Shown one piece after another: positions 25,561 through 38,430 of a stretch of DNA of 64,000 nucleotides (positions are counted from its first letter, which is position 1; the number at the start of each line of letters is the position of its first letter). The stretch lies in NCBI GenBank assembly GCA_951406725.2, contig OX597821.1, positions 92,194,001 through 92,258,000 of the forward strand, read 5' to 3'. Below the pieces are notes generated by a model, which searched no databases, was not told where the DNA came from, and saw nothing but the letters and a program-made list of their open reading frames with translations. A program made the translations under genes and the position numbers. Origin of the DNA: Octopus vulgaris (lineage: Eukaryota).

Positions 25561-26192
25561 TCAGTATTATGACATCATCATCACAGAAATACTGGTTCTC
25601 AACTGAGTGTTTTCTCATATTGGCGAAGAGATGATTGTGACTGAGAAAAATCAGAAGAATAGGGGAGGGTGATCAACCAGTTCAAAACCTCAATCATGCA
25701 CAGCAGCCCTTGAAAGCAACGACTCCTTTGCTGGAGTACTGTCCTGATGAAACAAAACCCTTTTCATTAGTTTTCTTGGGCATTTGACTCTGATAAACTT
25801 TCGTAACTGATTCAGCAAGTTTGCAAAGAAATCTCCTTTGATGGTATGACCCTTTTGTAGGTAGTCACTAAACGCAATGCCTTTTTGCATCCTGATAAAC
25901 AGTAGCCATCACAGATGAAATTACCTTGGCCTTCTTTGGAGCAGGCGAGGATGGGTTTTTCCACTGCATAGGAAAAAAAGAATATTCCAAGTGGGCAGCA
26001 TCAACTGTTTGTATTAAAAACAGAAACAAAGTCAGGGTGCGTGCCGATTTTTCTACTGGTTTGAATGAGTGTCAAAAATGTGCCTGTATCCACTGCCGAC
26101 TCCAGAGGATATTTTTGCAAAATTTGGTGGCAAAATATTTTCGAAATTGGAACTGTCTGATGCGTATCTACAAATTAAAGTAGTCGAGGAAT

Positions 26193-26682
26193 CATCATCA
26201 TCATTGTTCGACCGTGGTCGAGACAATGGAATTTACCATGCTACGCCAGACTTCACGGTCCATCATGGCATTACGGAGGTCCTGTTGCTGGATGCCTGTA
26301 TCCCTGGAGATTACATCAGGGTAGGAGAGTGTGCGCCCTCTGGTATTGCGAGTAGATGGCTTCCAGAGGAGAAGAGTAGAAATTACCTTGTTTTCAGCTC
26401 AACAACAATGTCCATCAAACTGGACTCTCCTGCCTTTCACAAGAGATGACACAGGTGGTAGTTTCCCATATATTTCCATTTTGGTTGGATGACGCTTCCA
26501 CGGGAGATTTTGAGCTCTCATAAGGAGGCGAGTGTAGGTTCCATCCAACCGCCTCTCAAGCTTCTTTGATAACGTCCAGGTTTCTGAGCCATATAGTAGA
26601 ATTGGTTCGACTGTGGCTTTGAAGATTTCAAGTTTGAAGTCTCTACTAAGATTTGATGACCAGATCATATGCATGTCATTAC
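26193..26682 (-). mobile_element. 5'-truncated RTE-type LINE inserted in the Gypsy RT
   Basis: ATVEPILLYGSETWTLSKKLERRLDGTYTRLL; (GAT)n tail; 11-bp TSD agtcgaggaat at 26182-26192 and 26683-26693. Confidence 0.9.
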
Positions 26683-29049
26683 AGTCGAGGAATACTCGAA
26701 GCTTCTAACTGAATACGCAAAAATAACTAAACGAATATAATAGATTGCCATTTGGTCTGAAGGTCGCATTGCCGTTTGGTCTGAAGGTCATACCTGCAAT
26801 ATTTCAACAGGTAATGGATGCGATGTTGGCGGAGACAATTTTCAATTCCATACCTCGATGATGTATTAATTAAAAGTGAATCGTGAACAGCATATCGAAC
26901 ATGTGGAGTGTGTTTTTTTAAAAAGATGATAGATTACGGGTTCACATTCAGTAAGGAGAAATGTGAATTCTTTTTGCCTAATATTAAATATTTCGGACAA
27001 ATTATAGATAAAAATGGAAGACGACCTGACCCATCGAGGGCAGACACAATTAAAAATATGCCTCCCCACCAACTAACATAGCGATATTACAAGCTTTTCT
27101 TGGCCTAACGAACTATTATCATAATTACAAACCAAACATGTATGAATTGAGAGCGCCACTTAATAATTTGCTAGAGAAAACGCCAAATGGAATTGGTCAA
27201 ATAACTGTCAAAAGGCCTTTAAGGATATTGAAAAAGTATTAAATTCGGATTTGTGGATAAGTCATTTCGATCCTGCTGTGGAGATTCTTATAGCTTCTGA
27301 ATACGTTGTAGGCGCAGTTTTGTTACACAAATATAATGGCGGTAATATGAAGTCGGTGGCTCACGCCTCACGTGCTCTGATTGCAGCAGAAAAAGCTACA
27401 GTCAGATACAGAAAGAAAATCCAGTGATTATTTTTACCGTGAAGAAATTTCACAGATTTTTCCACTGTAGAAGTTTTCGGGTTCAGACGAACCCTCGACA
27501 GTTACTATCAATTTTTGGATCGAAGAAAGGAATTCCCACCCATTCAGCTAACAGATTACAACGCTGGGGGTACAATATTTTAAAATTACAAATTTAAGTT
27601 GGAGTACATTCCTTCTAAGGAAATTTGCCATGCAGATGGCTTATCCAGGCTAATTCTGAAGAATGCGGAACCGCTGGAAGATGCGGTGATAGCCGCATTA
27701 CAATCAGAAAAGGAAATTAAAAACGTTATATGTAATTTCATTCAGAAGTTGCCAGTGATTGTACAAGATATAAAAAGTAAATCAGCGGAGGACAAATACA
27801 ACATAAATGCGAAGGAAACCTTGAAAATGAACAAAAGAGAAACACGAATGTGAACCATTTTCACTCTACGACGATGTATTAATATACGCACAAAGAGTGG
27901 TAGTACCAAGTGAACTATAGAAACGGATGTTACATGAATTTTATAGAGGACACTCGAGGATATCAAGAATGAAAGCTTTCACTAGGAAATACGTGTATTG
28001 ACCGACAATGGACCGGGACATTGAAAATTTGGTAAAATCATGTAGAGCTTGTGTATTAGCAGCCAAGGCACCACCGGTGAAATATCAATCGTGGCCTGAG
28101 ACAGATAGCCCGTGGTCCAGGTTAAATAGAGACTATACTGGACTAGTGAATGGCGCCTGCTACTTGATCATTGTTGATGTTTTTACCAAGTGGCCAGAAC
28201 TATGTAGATGCAGTCAATCTATCTCGAAGGCAACAATAAAGTCCCTGCACGAACTTTTTGCTCGATACGGTGTTGCGGGCACCATAGTATCGGACAATGG
28301 AACGCATTTTACAGGATGCGAGTTCGAGAAATTCTGCAAAATGCGTGCAGTCAAGCACATGCTTACTCCGCCCTACCACCTGTGGTCAAAAGAGAAAGCA
28401 GAACGATTCGTAGATACTTTCAAGTGAGCAAGGAACGAGTTAGGAAATGACGAAGTGCTAACTAAATTCTTAAGGGTGTACAAAATAACGCCCAATCCGA
28501 ATACAAGTTCAGGCAAGTCGCCTGCAAAGCTAATGTTCGTTCGAAAGATTAAATCGATCTTCGACAAATTGTTGCCAAAGGAAAAAAACGTATAGAGAAA
28601 ATACAAACAATTTCAGCTAAACATTTTGGAGTCGAAGACAAAAAGTCCATTTCGAAGTTTGCAAGAACGGTAAAGAGAGTTGGCAGGATGGTTTAGTAAC
28701 TAAAAGATTTGGAAACATAATGTATTTAATAAAAGGTCAACGGTGGGAGCATGAACGATACCAAAATCAATTAAAAATCATACATACAAAAGAAAGGAAG
28801 GAAATTCCAATGGAACTGTTTTACGACATGTTCGATGTGCCAGCACTGAAAGAGACTGAGCTTAGACGGAGCAGTAACAGAAAACGTAACCAGACCGAAT
28901 ATTTAGAAATAATTCCTAAGCGGGAAAGGTACTGAATTACTTAGAGAAGCAAAATTTCAAAAAGGGAGAGGTGTTGGAAGGAAGGAAAGAAAAAATAATA
29001 ATAAAACAAATTTCATTCCCTACGGAAGTCGAAATCTTAAAAGGGGAGA

Positions 29050-29366
29050 TGTGACAAGAATCACGACACCACCTGCGAGAATAGACTTGACCGAACGAAT
29101 ATGAATAGTCGCGGTCTCAGTGAGAGATGGAGAGAGTAGGCGTTAAACACAGGAAGTCGTAAGGTGTCGTTTTGGTAGTTTGTCGGAACATCCTTTGTTG
29201 GTTTCTGTATAGTTCATGGAGAGTTTGTTGGATTGCTACGTTGCGTGTGACCCTGCTTCGTTGTATATTCTATTGTTACTTCACGGCTATAGTGTAAACG
29301 AGTATCGTCATAAATAGTGGTGATACTACAATAATTGGCAATTAGTAAATGAGTAACTACGTTACA
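29050..29366 (+). repeat. 3' LTR of the Gypsy element
   Basis: Follows polypurine tract aaaaggggaga; begins TGTGAC and ends GTTACA. Confidence 0.7.
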
Positions 29367-29640
29367 ATATTCTGTTGTGTCTGGGGATAGTCATTTTCTT
29401 TTTGTGCCTTATTATCTAACACACTCACCGGTAAAATTTCCACTTTTTTTCTTATTTTTATTATCCTAAAAATTTCGTTGCGTCTTGCAATAAAAACAAG
29501 AAATAAGTGGAAATTTTACAGGTGAGTGTGTTAAATAATAAGGCACAAAAAGAAAATGACTCTCCCGAGACACAACAGAATATGCTTCAGCACACGAACT
29601 CATATAAAGAATCTTGCAAACCAAATCCAAAAACAAAATA
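29367..29640. repeat. Fold-back insertion (arms about 95 bp) with apparent 12-bp target duplication
   Basis: 29367-29460 is inverted at 29491-29584; tacgttacaata occurs at 29358-29369 and 29639-29650. Confidence 0.75.
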
Positions 29641-30247
29641 CGTTACAATAGCATTTGATCAAATGTCAGATATGGCACCCATTGAGCAGAAACCTTCATA
29701 ATTCAAAGTTCATTGTGCAGAATATGCTCAACTCTCTCACGGGATGTGCTAACAGCATTGATAGTCAGTCGCCTGTAAACCATCAGCATGTGGCGGACAC
29801 GATCAATGCTTTCCTTGGTGGTGGTAGTTGCCGAATGTCCAGACATTGGGTGATCTTCAAGACTCATTTTTCCTTCTGCCTTCCGCTGCCCACTTTTACA
29901 TTCTTGATAAGGCTGGAGCATAATCCCCTAATTTAGCAACTATGTCAACGTGACTGTTGTTGAAGGAAGGGGTTAATCCTTTTCCAGCTGGTACTTAATA
30001 AAATCACAATGCCCAAGAATACAGAGAATGATCAAATTTTTATCCATTTTCAAAGGAAGTCGCAACTAATTACTTTTGAAGTCTTTGAACAGTCAGATGT
30101 CAGTTTACCTGGAAATAAACATTAATAAGAAGGGCTGAAATTAAATCATGCAAGATTTCACAGCTCTTGCATCAATTCTTCATAGACAGCCTACGTTCAT
30201 ACTCCTGTTTCTGTTATTATTCTTATGCCAATATCGTATTGGATAAT

Positions 30248-30666
30248 AACGGCAGCTTTAGTCTTATATTTATGGACTACCATATTAGCATGGCGATAAC
30301 TATTACTATCCAGTACTGCTGCCGTAGTCTCCTTTAGAGAGACTTAGAAATTTTAATATTTATATTTTTGAAAACCAGTGGATGTATTCCACTGAAATTA
30401 GGTAAATAATCCTTCGAACAGACGGTTAGTAGCGACGCCTGCTGGGTCTGGCTACTCTGCATTGATAAATGGCAAATACCCTGAAACATGTCTGCAGATG
30501 TCTGACCAGCAAGGGGAAGCGGCTGACCTCCCCTGTTCGAGGGTTATAATGGACACAGGTTCCTGTGTCATATAGCTAGCTAGAGGCGATGGCCTCTTGG
30601 AGCTAATCAACGGCAGCTTTAGTCTTATATTTATGGACTACCATATTAGCTTGGCGATAACTATTA
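30248..30666 (+). mobile_element. Retrozyme-like or pLTR-like unit: 361-bp monomer with 58-bp terminal redundancy
   Basis: 30248-30305 is repeated at 30609-30666 (1 mismatch); many internal hairpins; central hammerhead motif. Confidence 0.65.
30456..30498 (+). ncRNA. Minimal type I hammerhead motif with U3-A8 core
   Basis: UCUGCA-UUGAUAA-AUGG CAAAUA CCCU-GAAA-CAUG-UC-UGCAGA; 6-bp helix I, palindromic helix III. Confidence 0.65.
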
Positions 30667-30959
30667 ATATTGAGAAATTAACATTGGTCAAACAGATTCT
30701 GCAGCCCAATGTGCCACCACTGCTGCTGTTCCTGTTGTCATTGATTCTGTTTAGCCTAATGTCTGCTCATAAATGAGAAAGCATAAGATTAAACGTATTC
30801 CAAATATAATCAGTCTGTCTTTTTTCTTTATTTCCAGACAGTGTATCTAGGATTGCATTATACAATGTGTCCTTCCTTTTACTATGATAGCAAATAAGAT
30901 GCTATTAGAGGGAAGTGTATTTAGCTGCAGTTTCTGCAGGCAAGCAATCATTTATATGC

Positions 30960-31155
30960 AGATACATGCTGGTGGCACATTGAAAACACCCACTACACTC
31001 TTAGAGTGGTTGGCATTAGGAAGGGCATCCAGCCGTAGAAACCATGCCAAATCAGATTGGAATCTGGTGCAGTTCCCCAGCTTACCAGTTTTCAGTCAAA
31101 CCATCCAACCCATGCCAGCACGGAAAACAGACGTTAAATGATGATGATGATGATA
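30960..31155 (+). mobile_element. RTE-type 3' tail repeat
   Basis: ggttggcattaggaagggcatccag...gacgttaaatgatgatgat. Confidence 0.75.
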
Positions 31156-31446
31156 CTAACTAAATGCCCCCCTACAGAAGCTGCAGTTATAGTTTCAAGT
31201 AAGATCAAATAAACCTATAATCAAAGACATTCCCACAAAGAATTTTCCATTCTTTATTCAAATAAAATTTATCAAAGATTATATTATACAATGAATAATT
31301 TTCCAAGACACTAAAGAGTAATTTGAAGAAGAGCTAACTGCTGCTTGTAATATATTGAGCAACCACAAATCATAGAACTGTAACGATGCTGGATGTAACG
31401 TGTTCGAATGTAACAATGCAACAAATATAACGTGGAATGAAGTGTA

Positions 31447-31858
31447 TACTCTTTACTCTCTTTTACTTGTTTCAGTCATTTGACTGCGGCCATGCTGGAG
31501 CACCGCTTTTAGTCGAACAAATCTACCCTAGGACTTATTCTTTGTAAGCCCAGTACTTATTCTATCAGTCTCTTTTGCCGAACTGCTAAGTGACGGCGAC
31601 GTAAACACACCAGCATAGGTTGTCAAGCAATGCTAGGGGGACAAACACAGAAACACAAACATACACACACACACACATATATATATATTCCTATATACGA
31701 CGGGCTTCTTTCAGTTTCTGTCTACCAAATCCACTCACAAGGCTTTGGTTGGCCCGAGGCTATAGTAGAAGACACTTGCCCAAGATGCCACGCAGTGGGA
31801 CTGAACCCGGAACCATGTGGTTGGTCAGCAAGCTAATTACCACACAGCCATTCCTACG
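31447..31858 (-). mobile_element. SINE family A
   Basis: Reverse-strand match to 16662-17086. Confidence 0.9.
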
Positions 31859-32170
31859 TAGAAATAAATGTCAGAAGACATGTTTATTAATAATGGAGCA
31901 TAGTAGTTTTATTTGCATTGTTGACGAGTGCTGAGAAAAATGAGTGTGTATATGTAGGACTCAGGGGGAAGACTAGTGTGAAATGTCAAGAGCTGTCGGT
32001 TGAGGAGATCTGTCCGCAGACGTTTGTGGAAATCAGTTTGCTGATAGTTGTGGTGACGAGGTCTTCTACTGACTGATTGCAAAAAGGTGCGCTCCTGCTG
32101 GGCTGATGACTGCTGCTTTTAAAGGTACACAACCAGCTCTGATTGGCTACAGTTGCCAAAGCACAACTAT

Positions 32171-32397
32171 TTCTTTACTACCCACAAGGGGCTAAACACA
32201 GAGAGGACAAACAAGGACAGACAAATGGATTAAGTCGATTACATCGACCCCAGTGCGTAACTGGTACTTAATTTATCGACCCCGAAAGGAGGAAAGGCAA
32301 AGTCGACCTCAGCGGAATTAGAATTGAGAACGTAACGGCAGACGAAATACGGCTACGCATTTCGCCCGGCGTGCTAACGTTTCTGCCAGCTCGCCGC
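32171..32397 (-). mobile_element. SINE family B, full length with 21-bp TSD
   Basis: cagttgccaaagcacaactat at 32150-32170 and 32401-32421. Confidence 0.9.
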
Positions 32398-32647
32398 ATT
32401 CAGTTGCCAAAGCACAACTATGCCGATCCGCAGCAACAAATAATGGCTTTCTTGACTCACTACATGACCCCCACTTCAGACTGTAATTCGATATATACAA
32501 TAAGGAACAAATGCAAGAAAAGGCACACACAAGTGACAAAAAGAACAATGAATATATTAAGTAAGAAATAAGCATGTAAAAAGACAGAGGCACTCAGGGC
32601 CAGGTCATTTATAAACATCATCAAAAGTATTTTATTTGTCTACTTAC

Positions 32648-32747
32648 NNNNNNNNNNNNNNNNNNNNNNNNNNNNNNNNNNNNNNNNNNNNNNNNNNNNN
32701 NNNNNNNNNNNNNNNNNNNNNNNNNNNNNNNNNNNNNNNNNNNNNNN
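32648..32747. other. Assembly gap (100 N)
   Basis: Run of N. Confidence 1.
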
Positions 32748-32929
32748 AGCACCCATTTCACTCTTGAAGTGGTTGGCATTAGGAAGGGCATCCAGGTGTA
32801 GAAACTCTGCCAGATCAGACTGGAGCCTAGTGCAGCCTTCTGGCTCACCAGCCCTCAGTCAAACTGTCCAACTCATGCCAGCATGGAAAGCAGCTGTTAA
32901 ATGACGATTATGATGATGATGAGATATAT

Positions 32930-34106
32930 ATCATCATCATCATCATCATCATTTAGCGTCCGTTTTCCATGCTAGCATGGGTTGGACGGTTCTACTGGGG
33001 TCTGTGAAGCCAGAAGGCTTCATCAGGCCCAGTCAAATCTGGCAGTGTTTCTACGGCTGGATGCCCTTCCTAACGCCAACCACTCCGTGAGTGTAGTGGG
33101 TGCTTTTTACGTGCCACCCGCACTGGTGCCAGACAGAGCTGGCAAACGGCCACGAACGGATGGTGCTTTTTATGTGCCACCGGCACGAGGGCCAGGCGAG
33201 GCTGGCAACGGACACGAAACGGGGCGGTGCTGGCAACGGTCGCGAAACGGAAAGTTCTCTTACATGCCACCGGCACTGGTAACACATCTGCAATTTCCAT
33301 TGATCGATTTCCATTGATCGATTTCGATTCTGATCCTCACTTGCCTCAATGGGTCTTCACAAGCAGAGTTTCGACATGCCACCGGCACTGGTAGCACATC
33401 CGCAATTTCCATTGATCGATTTCGATTCTGATCCTCACTTGCCTCAACACGTCTTCACAAGTAGAGTTTTGTGTCCCAAGAAGGGAAGGTATGCATACGT
33501 AGGCTGGCTCCATCCCATGTAGAAGGCCACGGGTTGTGGACTCACTTGTCCTGCCGGGTCTTCTCGCGCACAGCACACTTCCAGAGGTCTCGGTCTCTAG
33601 TCATTTCCTCAGTGAGACCTAAAGTTCGAAGGTCGTGCTTCACCACCTCGTCCCAGGTTTTCCTGGGTCTGCCTCTTCCACAGGTTCCCTCAACCGCTAG
33701 GGTGTGGCACTTTTTCACACAACTATCTTCATCCATTCTCGCCACATGACCATACCAGCGCAAACGTCTCTCTTGCACACCACAACTGATGCTTCTTAGG
33801 TCCAGCTTTTCTCTCAAGGTACTTACACTCTGCCAAGTGTGAGTACCGGCATTACACATCCATCGGAGCATACTGGCTTCATTTCTAGCGAGCTTACGCA
33901 TATCCTCAGCAGTCACGGCCCATGTTTCACTGCCATGTAGCATGGCTGTTCGTACACACGCATCATACAGTCTGCCTTTCACTCTGTGCGAGAGGCCTTT
34001 TGTCACCAGCAGAAGGTAAGAGCTCTCTGAACTTTGCCCAAGCTATTCTTACTCTAGCAGTTACACTTTCAGCACACCCGCCCCCGCTGCTGACTTGGTC
34101 ACCTAC
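32930..34106 (-). mobile_element. 5'-truncated RTE-superfamily LINE with long tandem-repeat 3' UTR and (GAT)n tail
   Basis: VKGRLYDACVRTAMLHGSETWAV..RRLRWYGHVARM..GRGRPRKTW (ORF 33542-34006). Confidence 0.9.
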
Positions 34107-34395
34107 ATATATATAAATATATATACATAGGCACAGGCATAGGTATGTGGTTAGGAAGTTTGTTTCCTAATGACATGGCTTTGGGTTTAGTCCCACTGTG
34201 TGGCACCTTGGATAAGTGTCTTCTGTTATAGCCTTGGGCCAACCAATGCCTTGTGATTGAATTTGGTCAGCAGAAGTTACTGTTGTGCATGTACATGTGT
34301 GTGTAATTGCCTATATCTCCTAACAGGAAGGGAATACACACACACACACACATATATATATATTTTATTTAAAAGCAGCAGAAATTCAACAAAAC

Positions 34396-34433
34396 CTGTT
34401 ACTCTGAGTTTCACGTCCCCGTTCGTCGGACAG
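34396..34433 (-). ncRNA. Minimal hammerhead motif (C4 variant) in a pLTR-like repeat at about 34362-34518
   Basis: CUGU-CCGACGA-ACG GGGA CGU-GAAA-CUCAGAG-UA-ACAG. Confidence 0.7.
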
Positions 34434-34686
34434 TTTTAAATAAAACATATTGCTCTACCCCTGGTATTTGAGCACACTTTTTTTCCACCTTGTTTGACAT
34501 TTATGTGTTTACTCCGGTATATATATATATGCATGTATGTGTGTGTGTGTAGATGATATATATATCTACATACATATATATACATATATATATATATATT
34601 TATATATATTGTTATATATATAAACATATATCATTTTATATTATATTACATTATATTATATATATATATATATATATATCATCTAT

Positions 34687-34752
<66 letters not shown>

Positions 34753-35268
34753 TCTGAAGAAATTGAAAACTGAAAGTAGGATAACGATGCTTCTTTTCTA
34801 CATGCCTCAAGAATTCAGACAGTAAGTACTTTTCTACAAATATTGCCAGTTCCAAGAAATGCTGATTTTGGTCTAATATTGATGCTTGTTTTTATTTAAA
34901 ATGGTTCATGCTGAAACAGAATGATATTTTTTCCCCTTCTTTCTTTTTTTTTGTTAGGAATAGAACATCCTGTTCTATTTATTAATGATATCACACTTGT
35001 TATCCATCTCCACAATCATGAGAGCTCTAACTTAAGTTCTCAGTACTTATCCTTTTATTTATTTTTTTTTTTATTTGAATTCCTCTTTCAGTAATATTGT
35101 TGCCAACAGCAGGTTTAACAATGTCAATTATAAAACAGTCAACAACTGCTACAAATATGGCAGTTCTTCTCCCTTCTTTGAATAGGTACAATGGAAGTTC
35201 CATAAAAGTTTCATATAGCATTAATAATAATAATAATGATGATGATAATAATAATAATAATAATGATG

Positions 35269-35323
<55 letters not shown>

Positions 35324-35349
35324 TCCCTGGCTTACCATCCCAGCAAGAA

Positions 35350-35594
35350 GTGCAAGAGATTGTCTTAACTGGTACATCATATGTATTGAGAAGAGCATTG
35401 TCGATGTGAGGACTATTACTACCCATGTATTTTAATTTAACTTTATTTCTATAAAAAAAATTTTTTTAAAGAACAAACTAGTGAGTTTAGTTTAATGGCC
35501 TACCAATGTATACTATGAGTTTCTTTGCCCTAGGAGTCGGGAAGACACTCGGCAAGAAATGGAAGCAAATTTGAAAGAAGAAGAAAAACCCATA

Positions 35595-35595
<1 letters not shown>
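35350..35595 (+). mobile_element. R4/Dong-like LINE 3' terminal fragment in (TAA)n
   Basis: VQEIVLTGTSYVLRRALSM* plus 3' UTR; copies at 36662-36912 (-), 37750-37980 (-) and 44568-44745 (+). Confidence 0.65.
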
Positions 35596-35655
<60 letters not shown>

Positions 35656-36087
35656 GTGTACCTGATGCACCCTTATCAGATAGGCTGTCAAGATGGGTGC
35701 ATTGGGCTTCATATATTTGTACCCCAGCATCATTTTGATGGCATGTACCACTCTCTCAATAATAATAATAATAATGATGATAATTATACGTTCTATTATA
35801 GGCACAAGGTCTGACATTTAGGGAAGTGGGATAGTCGATTATATTGACCCCAGTGTCTCACTGGTAATTAATATATCGACCCTGAAAGGACGAAAAGCAC
35901 AGCTGACCTCAGCAGAATTTGAACTCAGTACATAGCAACAGACAAAATACTGCTAAGCATTTCGTCCATCATGCAATAATAATCACAGCTACCACACTTT
36001 CTTCATTTTCTCCTCCTTTTCTTTCTCTTCTTCTGCAGCTGCTTTCTTTTAAGTGGCAGCAGCAGTGTCATCACCACCACCACCACT

Positions 36088-36308
36088 TATTTCTTTACTA
36101 CCCACAAGGGGCTAAACACAGAGAGGACAAACAAGGACAGACAAACGGATTAAGTCGATTACATCGGCTCCAGTGCATAACTGGTACTTAATTTATCGAC
36201 CCCGAAAGGATGAAAGGCAAAGTCGACCTCGACGGAATTTGAACTCAGAACGTAGCACCAGACGAAATACGGCTACGCATGTCGCCCGGCGTGCTAATGT
36301 TTCTGCCA
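36088..36308 (-). mobile_element. SINE family B
   Basis: Match to 32171-32397. Confidence 0.85.
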
Positions 36309-36615
36309 CCACCATCATCATTTTGTTGTTATCATCATTGCCATGATCACCATCATTGCTACCATCACCATTATCATCATCATCATCATCATCATTATTA
36401 TTGGTGGATTGGCAAAGTTCACACAGCATAATAGAAATCATCTTACAGTCTTTAGTTACGTATTTTTATCCTCCGTGTTCAAATTGGATTGAAATCAGCT
36501 TTTCTTTGCACCTTGGGTCAATAAAATAAAGTACCAATAAAGTACTGGGGTGGAGTTTATCAACCTATATTCTCCTCAAATTTCTTACCTTGAACTTAAA
36601 TTATTATTATTATTA

Positions 36616-36650
<35 letters not shown>

Positions 36651-36950
36651 GTTATTATTATAATTTATGGGTTTTTCTTCTTCTTTCAAATTTGCTTCCA
36701 TTCCTTGCCGAGTGTCTTCTCGACTCCTAGGGCAAAGAAACTCATTGTATACATTGGTAGGCCATTAAACTAAACTCACTAGTTCATTAATTTTTTTTTT
36801 CTTTTGATAGAAATAAAGTTAAATTAAAATACCTGGGTAGTAATAGTTCTCACATCGACAATGCTCTTCTCAATACGTGTGATGTACCAGTTAAGACAAT
36901 CTTTTGCACTTATTATAATTATTATTATTATTATTATTGTTATTATTATT

Positions 36951-37695
36951 TGGTTTGATTCTGGTCCAGTCTTATTTCTGGCAGGATTTATGTGGGTAAT
37001 GAGTTACTACCTGTAACCTTAAGTATCCCCAATTTTTCAGCTGTCTTTCAAGTGCTTAGAACACTTCTGATAATCCTTGCTGTCCCTAAGAGACAAACTT
37101 TCTGTAGGAGCTCTACCGGATATTCTATTCCAATTTCCTTCAGCCAATTGTCTATATCTTTGCTTACTGTTCCCAACACACCGATTATTATAAGAACAAA
37201 CTTGACAGTTCTCATACTCCAAATTCTTCCTATTTTAAATTTGAAGGAATTGTATTTCTTTTGTTTGTATTCTCTTTCTTTCATCATCCTGGAATCAGAT
37301 GGGCATGATGGCTCAATTAGTAAGCAACTTCAGTTTCCTTAACTATAATTGTTATGTCTGGTGTATTTTATAACTTTTTGTCCATTTGAATATGAAAGTC
37401 CCACAAAATTTTAGATTTTACTGATTCCAGTCCTCTTTCGACTCAATGATTGTACTAAGTGTTTCCAGTTTCAAATCCCCGTTGCCGGCAAAGTTTCCAG
37501 CGTAAAACTTTTACAATTGGTCATGCCTCCATTTTATATACTCTTCCTTTGCCACCTTGAAGCATTCTGCCACAATGTGTGCTTCTATCTCATTCCAAGT
37601 TCCATAGGCTCTACATTTTTTCTGACACATTCTCTCCATATATAGTTCTTCTCAAGTTATTTGTTTTTAGCGCTTGATCTTGGGTTGTTACAATT
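36951..37695 (-). mobile_element. R4/Dong-like LINE fragment (restriction-like endonuclease domain), flanked by (TAA)n
   Basis: KKYNSFKFKIGRIW..IIIGVLGTV..LQKVCLLGTARIIRSVL, with upstream CRAYGTWNEIEAHIVAEC zinc-knuckle remnant. Confidence 0.8.
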
Positions 37696-37977
37696 ATTAT
37701 TATTTTTGTTGTTGTTGTTGTTGTTATTACTATTATTATTATTATCTTTTTTTTTTCTTCTTTGAAATTTGCTTCCATTTCTTGCCAAGTGTCTTCCCGA
37801 CTCCTAGGGCAAAGAAACTCATAGTATACATTGGTAGGCCATTAAACTAAACTCACTAGTTCGTTCATTTCTTTTTCTTTTTTTCTTTTTAAGTTAAATT
37901 AAAATACATGGGTAGTAGTAGTTCTCACATGCTCTTCTCAACACGTGTGATGTACCAGTTAAGACAATCTTTTGCAC

Positions 37978-38044
<67 letters not shown>

Positions 38045-38430
38045 CATTATTGAGTGAGAGAGCAGTACATGCCATCAAAGTGACACTAGGGTAAAATATA
38101 CAAAGCCCAGTATACCCATCATGACTACCTGTCTGATAAGGGTACACTAGGCACATGCATCACAACCATATGTAATATGACCAGACCTACCTTTCATTGC
38201 ATAATGGATTGCAATATCATCAGAATAGCAAGCAAATTACTTTGCAGAATTTACCTACAGTTTATTATGCTCTAAGTTCATATCTCACGGTCAAATTTGT
38301 TTCTCATTCTTTCCAAAGTTGATGAAATACAGAAAGATTTAAGTACAGGTGTCAATGTATCAATCAGCTCCCCGTCATATTCAAAATCCCCAGTCAATGT
38401 TAGAAACGATTATTAATGTTATGATGTGAC

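Larger units (their letters stand above)
25970..29366 (+). mobile_element. Decayed Ty3/Gypsy LTR retrotransposon (RT, RNase H, integrase, PPT, 3' LTR); 5' part deleted
   Basis: SKWAASTV..ADFSTGLN, FSKLELSDAYLQ, HADGLSRL, IVDVFTKWPE..IVSDNGTHF..AERFV; many frameshifts. Confidence 0.9.
24985..30200 (-). mobile_element. Decayed mariner transposon split by nested insertions
   Basis: SLEDHPMSGHS..RVEHILHNEL and KVSAQWVP at 29650-29920; DYLQKGHTI..VLFHQDSTPA at 25690-25965; TIR-like ends. Confidence 0.8.
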
